Part shown: piece by piece, positions 35,455 through 42,821 of the stretch | How the letters are laid out: each line of letters begins with the position of its first letter | How positions within the stretch are numbered: position 1 is the stretch's first letter | Origin: an uncultured Candidatus Saccharibacteria bacterium | GTDB lineage: Bacteria; Patescibacteriota; Dojkabacteria; CALFHW01 | Direction of reading: 5' to 3' | DNA: 45,665 bases | Assembly (NCBI GenBank): GCA_964640685.1 | Contig: CAZXFQ010000005.1 | Location: forward strand, 1 to 45,665 | Program-made: the position numbers and the translations under genes | Notes under the pieces: generated by a model | The model's database searches: none | Seen by the model: the letters and a program-made list of their open reading frames with translations, nothing else | What the model was told of the DNA's origin: nothing

Positions 35455-36450
35455 GTGAATAAGAGATTTTTAGGATTGTTAGTGGCTTTTCTTGCAGTGG
35501 CCCTAACCATAGTTATTGGTGCGCTGCTTATAGAGGGAAACTCCAATGCAGCCAAAACCGGTAAAGCCTTGGTGTCCGGAAGGCTGGAACCTGGCTACGA
35601 GTTTGTAGGCTACATCATTTCCGACCAAAATAAGGTCTGTGCAGGGACTTTACTCGACCCGCTCACGATTATCACAGCAGGGCATTGTCTTGCATATTCA
35701 GCTGGCGATAATTTTAAATTTGGAATTAATGAGTTTAGCTTAGAAGAGGAAGAATTAGTGGACATTAGTAGTATTAGCTTTTTGACTGGTTTTGACCCTA
35801 GCTCAAATAAAGGTCCTGATGTGGCGATTGCCAAACTGGCAAGGCCAATCAATCTAACTAGTTACGGTCAGGTAAACAGCGCTCCCATCACTCCAAGTTG
35901 CGAGGTTTCAATTGTGGCGTATGGAGCTGGTATCAGTAGTGGCGAAGCTAGTCCTGACAGTTTTAAACGCAAGTCAGGTGAGGGTTGCAGTAGATCAATT
36001 AGTAGTAGTTTTTTTGTGGAGTTTAATTCTGAGGTGGGTATGTGTTTTGGTGATAGTGGGGGCCCTGTTTTCAAGTCAAATGGCAGTAATGAAATAATAG
36101 GAGTACTGTCTGGAGGAATAGTTGACCCTTTGCTAGATAAATTACGTTGCGATCCAGGCAATGTTGGCTTATTCTATAACCTTTCAAACTTCGCCAGCGT
36201 AGTTACAGAGATGAAATTAGGTAGTAATAAGGGTGGCTATACTACACGTCTAGCAGGACAAAAGTCCATACCTAATTTTTTTGAGAGCCTCAATCAAGCT
36301 TTAGGTGCCCAAGTGAGTGGTCAAGTCGGGGGTGAGGTACCAACTGACCAAAACCTTACTCTAAATAACAATATTCGTACAGCATTGTTTTTAAGCATAG
36401 GGGCAGTGATTTTAGGTCTCTTAATAATTAGCTTGAAAGTTTTGCATTAA
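35455..36450 (+). CDS. membrane-anchored trypsin-like (S1) serine protease
   Basis: Catalytic His in ITAGHC, Asp in GPDVAIAKL, Ser in GDSGGPVF. N-terminal signal/anchor, C-terminal TM ALFLSIGAVILGLLIISL. GTG start. Confidence 0.85.
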   Translation: MNKRFLGLLVAFLAVALTIVIGALLIEGNSNAAKTGKALVSGRLEPGYEFVGYIISDQNKVCAGTLLDPLTIITAGHCLAYSAGDNFKFGINEFSLEEEELVDISSISFLTGFDPSSNKGPDVAIAKLARPINLTSYGQVNSAPITPSCEVSIVAYGAGISSGEASPDSFKRKSGEGCSRSISSSFFVEFNSEVGMCFGDSGGPVFKSNGSNEIIGVLSGGIVDPLLDKLRCDPGNVGLFYNLSNFASVVTEMKLGSNKGGYTTRLAGQKSIPNFFESLNQALGAQVSGQVGGEVPTDQNLTLNNNIRTALFLSIGAVILGLLIISLKVLH

Positions 36451-37103
36451 TGTATTTAATTTATAATGAGCAAACTATAGTTGCTCCTCTGGCAGATGAG
36501 GTTACCAGACTCTTTGCAGAGGGATTTCTATGGGGTAGAAAGCATCCCGGTTATATTTATACCACCAGATCCTTGCGCTTAGATTTGGCAGAGTTTACTT
36601 TAACGAGTGAAAATAGACGTATTCTTAAAAAACATAATTTAGACCTAGTGGCACAATCGTTGCCACTGGCTTCAGTGATCTACCGTTGGCAAATCCATGC
36701 TTTAGGCAAAGAATTTTATAGTCAGAAATTTCCAGAGACGAAGTTTTCCGCAGCAAAAATCCGTGAGTTATTAACTGTTAATCATAATTTCAATTTGCTG
36801 TTTAATTTCACCTTTAACTCCCAACCTGATTTAGGTTATGCAATCAGCTATCAGAACGAAGAGATACTGCATTATTCTTACCCGTTTTATAAATTGGAGC
36901 TTAGTAATAGTAACCTAGGCATGTATATGATGCTGCAAGCAATATTATGGGCACAAATGCATGGCAAAAGATTTGTCTACTTAGGTGGAGTGACTAGACC
37001 TACAGATAAATACAAACTACAGTTCAATGGATTGGAATGGTGGGATATAGATTCAGGAAGTTGGACAACTGACCTAGATCTACTGAAAACTTTGCTTTTG
37101 TAA
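36450..37103 (+). CDS. ATE/Bpt-like aminoacyl-tRNA--protein transferase homologue (short form lacking the Cys-rich N-domain)
   Basis: EGFLWGRKHPGYIYTTRSLRLDLAEFTLTSENRRILKK resembles GFRRSG..Y.....R..v..F..SrsqRR..kk. YPFYKLELSNSNLGMYMMLQAILWAQMHGKRFVYLGGV...KYKLQF resembles FYDP....SLG....L..I..A...G..Y.YLGY....M.YK..F. The start overlaps the protease stop (TAATG). Confidence 0.5.
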   Translation: MYLIYNEQTIVAPLADEVTRLFAEGFLWGRKHPGYIYTTRSLRLDLAEFTLTSENRRILKKHNLDLVAQSLPLASVIYRWQIHALGKEFYSQKFPETKFSAAKIRELLTVNHNFNLLFNFTFNSQPDLGYAISYQNEEILHYSYPFYKLELSNSNLGMYMMLQAILWAQMHGKRFVYLGGVTRPTDKYKLQFNGLEWWDIDSGSWTTDLDLLKTLLL

Positions 37104-37182
37104 GAGATAATTTCTAGTTTGTTTATAACTTCCTCATTAGGTAGCTCTAAGATTAGGCATATCTAATTTTAGTTTGCTGATA

Positions 37183-37572
37183 ATGAATCAACAAACCCTA
37201 GTCCTCATGGGACGTGCTACAAGGGACGCCGAAACCCTTACTACAAAAACCGGCAAAGAGTTCTCTAAATTTGGCATGGCAATCAACGAATACAGAGGCC
37301 AAGACCGCCAAGACGAGGTAAGCTTCTACGATGTTGTGGGATTTAGTAACCAAACCAAGGTCGTTGGGAAGCGGGTCCGTAAGGGGGATGTGGTGCTAGT
37401 ATTTGGCAAGCCTGAAGCATCCGCCTATCAAAGCAAGGACGGTGAGCTTAAGGCTAATTTTTCCGTTAGTGCTAACTACATAAATCTATTCTCAGCTCCA
37501 GAGCATTTGCGCAAGGCAAATGCAAATGAGGAAAGCCTAGATGCAGAAGATGACTCAGAGCAAGAGCTATAA
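37183..37572 (+). CDS. ssb: single-stranded DNA-binding protein
   Basis: OB-fold pattern LVLMGRATRDAE...FSKFGMAINE...VSFYDVVGFSNQ...KGDVVLVFGK with an acidic C-terminal tail (EDDSEQEL). I prefer the ATG at 37183. Confidence 0.8.
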   Translation: MNQQTLVLMGRATRDAETLTTKTGKEFSKFGMAINEYRGQDRQDEVSFYDVVGFSNQTKVVGKRVRKGDVVLVFGKPEASAYQSKDGELKANFSVSANYINLFSAPEHLRKANANEESLDAEDDSEQEL

Positions 37573-37590
37573 CATGCGCTTTAAGCAATT

Positions 37591-37620
37591 GCTATGAACA
37601 AGTGCTATGAACAAGTGCTA
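37591..37620. repeat. 13-bp tandem direct repeat (gctatgaacaagt x2 plus gcta) between the convergent ssb and lysS
   Basis: Read directly from the sequence. Confidence 0.8.
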
Positions 37621-37635
37621 CACTGCCCAACTGCC

Positions 37636-40536
37636 CTAATGTTGAAACGTACTGATAAGGTTTTGAATATGCTCTTCTAAAGTGATGCCTAGCTCTTGAA
37701 TGCCAAGTTCAATGTCAGCACGGTTTAGCTTAGCGGCAAAACCTTTGTCTTTGAATTTTTTCAGGACGCCTTTGACCTCCATATCATTGTAGCCTCCTTT
37801 CATCTTACTGTATGCAAATAATAGACCAGCCATCTCGTCAATTGCGAGTAAGGCCTGCGCCATTTTGCTAATGCGCGAGGTATTCAATTCAAGTTTGTGG
37901 CCGAGAATGGCTAGGATGATGTCTTCTGGATAGCCTTTTGCACGCAGCCTATCTACATTCCGCTCTGGGTGGCCCTCAGGATCAAATTGATAGTCCCAGT
38001 CATGAACCAATCCACATACAGCCCAACGTTCCGGGTCAAAGGCTTCGCTGTCAGAAAGCTCAGGGTATTTTTCGGCCATGATCGAAGCATATTCGCGCAT
38101 GGCCTTAGATACCATTTCGGCGTGATGGCGTTGATATTCATCACTTACACTCTCACGTAGTAGTTTGCGAGTGTCATCTAGGCTAGGAAAAGAGCTGAGA
38201 TGATGATTAGCAATGTAGGTATTGGCCAGACTGACATCATTTGCTACTACAATATTAAAACCTGTGGCTTTAGCTCCAGTGTGTTCACTTAGCCTGTCTT
38301 GTAGAATAGCCAAAGCAGCTTCTATTTGTTGGTTGCTTACATCTTGATGTCCGTCCACAAATACTATGATTCTATTTGTCTGCCCTGTAACTTTGGTGCG
38401 ATCAGCGTCTCGATAATTAAAGTCAACGCAGGTTACACCTTCACTATCACTGTAGACCAATTCTCCAGCCTTGATAACTGTCGGTTCAGTTTCACCAATT
38501 TTTTGAATGGTCTCACCCTCGGCGGCAAATCTTAACTGTAAATTACCAACGACTTGATCTAAGTCATAAGCAGCCATCGGCAGGCTAAGCTCCACAGAGG
38601 TGGCATTGTACGTGTCTACCACATTGTTAATGTTGTAGATTCCTTTCCCGCTCAAGACCCTACTGATCAATGCTTCGGCGCTGTTCATACGACCGTCCGG
38701 ATCAACTCCACTAGCCTGGTAAATTTTTCTAAACCCGGAAATGTTGTTAGTATTCTTCAGGGTTTGCTTGTCTGGAAATGACTGCTTAGCATCTGTCTCC
38801 ACTTTAACTTTTAGTTGCTTCAGTGCTTTATTAGCCATAGTGACATTCACTCCTTCAAGAACCAGGTAGCCAAACTTAATGCCAGGGAAGCGCTCAGATA
38901 CTTGAGCATCGATGCTAGCTAACCCTAGTTTAGGCAATGCCAGTAGTTTCTGATTATCCCGCAGATCAGCCACTGTATCTTTATTAGCAGACTCAAGCTG
39001 GGCAAAGGCATCTTTGTAAATAACCCTGCTTAACCTGTCGTAATCCATTTTTAATAGCGGGAAAGGCACACCTTCTCTTGCAGTTACATTCTCCAAAAAC
39101 CAGAATACCCTTTCAGAGTGACCGTAGCCAAATGTCGGCGGCATTCCATACTCCAGCATTTCTACATAATCAATATCTAACCATTGTGCTTCAGCATCAC
39201 CACCATCTCTCAACTTTTGCTGTTCTAAGAATCTGTCGTATTGATCTACTGCGTCGTTGACCTCACTCCAGCCATTGCCCAATTCACTGCCAGCAATAAT
39301 TGGCTGAAATCTCTCCACCATCAGAGGGTTCTCCAGACTTGGCTTCTGCAGTGGAGATAAATATTTAGGGTGATTTATTAGAAATGCTGGACCATTAATT
39401 GTTTTTCTGATTCTTTTCCATAGCGCGTCTACACCCCGTCCAATATTTACACTTCTATCAAATTCAATTTCGTTCTTAGTTAATAGTTCTTTAACTTCTT
39501 CAATAGTAATAGTGTAAATATCCTTAATTCCATAACGTTCCTGCATGATTGAATTGAAATCCAGCAGCTCCCATTCCTTGGAAAAATCAACTTCAAACTC
39601 TCTGATATTAAATACCATTTGTCCGCTATATACCTTCTCAATAATGTATTTGTAAAGCTCCTGTATCAGCTTCATCCCATTCTCCCAATCAGCATATGCC
39701 CAATAAAATTCCATAGCTACATGTTCAGGTAAATGCTCATCCGAAAGGCCTTCATTTCTGAATCTAGCCCCAATATCATAAACCTTATTAAACCCTGCAC
39801 CAATTAGTCTTTTCAAAGGAAGTTCGTGCGAAATCCTAAGAAAGAAATCTTCCTTCAGTGCGTTCATATGCGTGGTAAATGGCACAGCGTCGCCACCACC
39901 AGGTACATGCTCAATTACTGGGATGCTTATTTCATAAAATCCACGGTCATTGAAGAAATCTCGGTGCGCTTGCCAGAATAAACTTCGCCTTTTCATTCGT
40001 TCACGCACTTCAGGATTGACATTCATATCAACATACCTGCGTCTAAAGCGCTCTTCCTTATCTTCGAGAGTAGCTGGCAATGGCCTAATAACTTTGGCCA
40101 ACATTCTTAGATAGTTCACTTGTACAGATAATTCGCCACTCTGAGTTTTAGTGATTTCTCCATAAGCTTCTATAAAATCAAAAGAGTCTACTAGATCTAG
40201 CTCGTCAAATTTGAGAGTTCTCCCACCTGCAATTTCCTTAACTTCTAATACATCAGCTTTGACATATAATTGCAGCTTGGCATTGTCCTCATTAATATCG
40301 ATAAACAGAATCTTCCCGTGTCCTCTGATTGAACCAACTCTACCTGCCACTACAACTTCACTTCCAATTATATCTTCACCAGCATCAATAATCTGGCCAA
40401 TTGTATGAGTACAGTAAGTTTTTGCTGGGTATGGATCTATTTCTAGTTCACGCAACTTAGCAACTTTTGCTAAGCGTAGCTCGCGTTGTCCAATGAGATC
40501 CGAACTTTGAAGATTGGTGCTGTTTGCAGTCGACAT
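37636..40536 (-). CDS. lysS: lysine--tRNA ligase (class II) fused to a B3/4 domain and a COG2316-type HD-domain hydrolase
   Basis: aa 1-496 form the LysRS core: OB anticodon domain, FYEISIPVIE, FLRISHELPLKRL, YDIGARFRNEG, GNGWSEVND, GYGHSERV, REGVPFPLL. aa 535-765 are B3/4-like: FPGIKFGYLVLEGVNV, SAEALISRVLSGKGIYNINNVVDTYNATSVELSLPMAAYDLD, FNYRDADRTKV. aa 785-966 are HD: RHHAEMV, GLVHDWDY, GYPEDIILAILGH, FKDKGFAA. Confidence 0.9.
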   Translation of the reverse strand: MSTANSTNLQSSDLIGQRELRLAKVAKLRELEIDPYPAKTYCTHTIGQIIDAGEDIIGSEVVVAGRVGSIRGHGKILFIDINEDNAKLQLYVKADVLEVKEIAGGRTLKFDELDLVDSFDFIEAYGEITKTQSGELSVQVNYLRMLAKVIRPLPATLEDKEERFRRRYVDMNVNPEVRERMKRRSLFWQAHRDFFNDRGFYEISIPVIEHVPGGGDAVPFTTHMNALKEDFFLRISHELPLKRLIGAGFNKVYDIGARFRNEGLSDEHLPEHVAMEFYWAYADWENGMKLIQELYKYIIEKVYSGQMVFNIREFEVDFSKEWELLDFNSIMQERYGIKDIYTITIEEVKELLTKNEIEFDRSVNIGRGVDALWKRIRKTINGPAFLINHPKYLSPLQKPSLENPLMVERFQPIIAGSELGNGWSEVNDAVDQYDRFLEQQKLRDGGDAEAQWLDIDYVEMLEYGMPPTFGYGHSERVFWFLENVTAREGVPFPLLKMDYDRLSRVIYKDAFAQLESANKDTVADLRDNQKLLALPKLGLASIDAQVSERFPGIKFGYLVLEGVNVTMANKALKQLKVKVETDAKQSFPDKQTLKNTNNISGFRKIYQASGVDPDGRMNSAEALISRVLSGKGIYNINNVVDTYNATSVELSLPMAAYDLDQVVGNLQLRFAAEGETIQKIGETEPTVIKAGELVYSDSEGVTCVDFNYRDADRTKVTGQTNRIIVFVDGHQDVSNQQIEAALAILQDRLSEHTGAKATGFNIVVANDVSLANTYIANHHLSSFPSLDDTRKLLRESVSDEYQRHHAEMVSKAMREYASIMAEKYPELSDSEAFDPERWAVCGLVHDWDYQFDPEGHPERNVDRLRAKGYPEDIILAILGHKLELNTSRISKMAQALLAIDEMAGLLFAYSKMKGGYNDMEVKGVLKKFKDKGFAAKLNRADIELGIQELGITLEEHIQNLISTFQH

Positions 40537-40636
40537 AGGTGAATTACTAAATTAACTGGTAGATTATATAATATTGGTTGGTCTATTGGATAGATTTGTA
40601 AAATTTGGCAGTCTACTTGGCTAACTAGCTGGCTTA

Positions 40637-41437
40637 TCAGTTGGCTACAAAGCACAAAAATAATGGAAATTCCTGTCGCGCTGCATTCTCTGCTTTGGCT
40701 TTACCGCCCGGCTCACTAGTCTTATTTGAGTACCACTCTTTTAAACCATTGACGCTGAGTCCTTGCTTAGCTAAAATGTCAAAATAATAGTTCAAGGGAC
40801 GATGGAAACTCCAGGTGATTTCATTCTTGATATTTGCGTCTTTTCTGGCTTTGAATGGTCTGGATTCAATCGGGATAGATAGACTTGTACCATAAAGATC
40901 AATCCGTCGGTACTGCAGTTTCTTAGATTCATCCCAACCCCAATTACTCTGTCTGGGGATTCTGAAGCAAGGGTGATTGATCACAATAATCAGCTTACCA
41001 TTTGTGGCTAAAAGTTTTTTACTTTCAGAAATTACCAGTTCTGCTTCAGCTATGTTTTGTATTGCCAATACACATAAAATGGCATTGAACTTTTGACCAG
41101 GGAAGTACTTGCTGGCCTGTCTTGCGTCACCTGTTAAATAATTAATATGTTTATTTGAATACTTTTTAGCCGCTACGATTAAATCTGCAGCTAGATCTAG
41201 TCCGCTAACTTTAAAACCTAATTTATCTAATTCTCTGGTAATAATTCCCTGTCCACAAGCCAAATCCAGAATTAAGGGTGAACTGCCAGTGTGCGCTGAA
41301 GAATTTTCAGGAAATTCGCTCTGTAACAGCGCTAAGATTTCAGGTAAAATAACCTCTTTGTGGTACGTACCCTCGCCGCTTTTGCCTAGATGTTTGTCGT
41401 ACCAATCAGCCACTTTCTGCCAAGAAGTATTGCGCAT
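40637..41437 (-). CDS. class I SAM-dependent methyltransferase
   Basis: Motif I ILDLACGQGIITREL. I prefer the ATG at 41437 (MRNTSWQKVADWYD) over the listed upstream start at 41500. Confidence 0.8.
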   Translation of the reverse strand: MRNTSWQKVADWYDKHLGKSGEGTYHKEVILPEILALLQSEFPENSSAHTGSSPLILDLACGQGIITRELDKLGFKVSGLDLAADLIVAAKKYSNKHINYLTGDARQASKYFPGQKFNAILCVLAIQNIAEAELVISESKKLLATNGKLIIVINHPCFRIPRQSNWGWDESKKLQYRRIDLYGTSLSIPIESRPFKARKDANIKNEITWSFHRPLNYYFDILAKQGLSVNGLKEWYSNKTSEPGGKAKAENAARQEFPLFLCFVAN

Positions 41438-41507
41438 TATGAATTTATTAGATATTAGCCCATCATAACATAACCGAAAATCATTTCGGCTTCGAAGCAA
41501 TATTCGC

Positions 41508-41513
41508 TATAAT
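41508..41513 (+). promoter_or_regulatory. -10 box TATAAT placed 6 nt upstream of the dinB ATG (leaderless arrangement)
   Basis: cgcTATAATcttcgtATG. No SD. Confidence 0.45.
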
Positions 41514-41519
41514 CTTCGT

Positions 41520-42776
41520 ATGAGTATTATTTTCCATCTAGATATGAATGCTTTCTTTGCTTCAGTAGAACAGGTATTAAATCCATCCCTGCGAGGTAGG
41601 CCAGTGGCAGTGGTGAGCTCGAACAATTATCAGGGTGCGGCGATCCTGGCTAGATCCTATGAAGCCAAATCCCGGGGCGTCGCTAGTTTCATGCGATTGC
41701 CAGAGGCGAAACTGGCTTGCCCAGAGTTAATTACGATTACTCCCAAACATGAAAACTATTATGAATTCAATAAACAATTAACCAAGATTATGCAGCAGTT
41801 TACAGATACCTTAGAAGTTTATAGTATTGACGAATTCTTCCTAGACATGACTGACTACCTGGCTATTCGACCTTGGCTCAGCGTGGTCGAATTAGCGCAA
41901 CAAATCAAAGACACAATAGCTGAAAAGATTAGCCCTGTACTTAAATGCTCTATCGGGGTGAGCTCCAATAAGCTTTTAGCTAAAGTAGGCTCAGATTTTA
42001 AGAAACCTGATGGTTTAACAGTGATTCCTTGGGAACGGCGCTTTGAGTTCCTGGATCAGCTTAGCTTCCGCGAGATTTGGGGGATTGGCTATAACTCTAT
42101 ACCCAAACTGCATAGCCTGGGTATCCACAATACCGCCCAGATCCGTGCTTTGGATAAGCGAGTACTAGAGAGTTTAGTAGGAAGCTATTGGAATAGACTA
42201 CAGCTGATTGCCAACGGTGAATGTGAAGATCCTGTACATTCCAATCTAATAGGCAAGCCCAAGAAGTCTATGCAGCATGCTCACACTTTAGACCGTGCTA
42301 CCAGCGATTTGCATGAACTCCAGACTTTGGCACGTAAACTATGTGAAAAACTTAGTTTACGTTTACGTAAATACCAGCAATTGGCAGGCGTGGTCGGTCT
42401 AATTTTAAGACCTGCTAGAGAAGAGAATTACGGCTGGGGGCGCAAGCCTAGACTCCATGCTCAAATAGCTTTAGGATTTTTTAGTGATCATGGGGAGCAT
42501 CTTTATCAAGCAGCAGACAAATTACTGCAAGGCCTTGACATCAATGGTATTGAAGTTAGGCTTATGGCAGTGACAATTACGCATTTACACTCTGGGCAAC
42601 AGCCACAACTATTGGAATCACGCTCTTCCAAGTTGATACAGCTAGATAAAGCCATTGATCAGATTAATCATAAATTTGGTTCCTTTACTTTGCGCAGTGC
42701 TGACATCCTGCATCAGCAGGCTAAAAACAAAGTATTCAGTATTGATCATGCCAGTATTCCGTTTCACCCTGGCTAG
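41520..42776 (+). CDS. dinB: DNA polymerase IV (Y-family)
   Basis: IFHLDMNAFFASVEQ, SIDEFFLDMT, and the helix-hairpin-helix region IWGIGYNSIPKL. Confidence 0.92.
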   Translation: MSIIFHLDMNAFFASVEQVLNPSLRGRPVAVVSSNNYQGAAILARSYEAKSRGVASFMRLPEAKLACPELITITPKHENYYEFNKQLTKIMQQFTDTLEVYSIDEFFLDMTDYLAIRPWLSVVELAQQIKDTIAEKISPVLKCSIGVSSNKLLAKVGSDFKKPDGLTVIPWERRFEFLDQLSFREIWGIGYNSIPKLHSLGIHNTAQIRALDKRVLESLVGSYWNRLQLIANGECEDPVHSNLIGKPKKSMQHAHTLDRATSDLHELQTLARKLCEKLSLRLRKYQQLAGVVGLILRPAREENYGWGRKPRLHAQIALGFFSDHGEHLYQAADKLLQGLDINGIEVRLMAVTITHLHSGQQPQLLESRSSKLIQLDKAIDQINHKFGSFTLRSADILHQQAKNKVFSIDHASIPFHPG

Positions 42777-42821
42777 CTAGTCAAGCAAGCTAGCCAAACC
42801 AAGCAGGCGACATCAATAGCT

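Noticed and set aside
40470-40655. 61-aa minus-strand ORF bridging lysS and the methyltransferase gene
   Set aside because: It overlaps the ends of both real genes, has no motifs, and is of the size expected by chance in AT-rich DNA.
41438-41500. 21-codon N-terminal extension of the methyltransferase ORF
   Set aside because: It starts at a non-ATG codon and runs through the dinB promoter and hairpin. The Met at 41437 precedes a typical methyltransferase N-terminus.
42771-42795. Inverted repeat ggctagc-N11-gctagcc at the dinB stop, considered as a possible terminator
   Set aside because: No U-tract follows on either strand, and cca starts 27 nt later in the same orientation. It may be a weak structural element but cannot be called a terminator.
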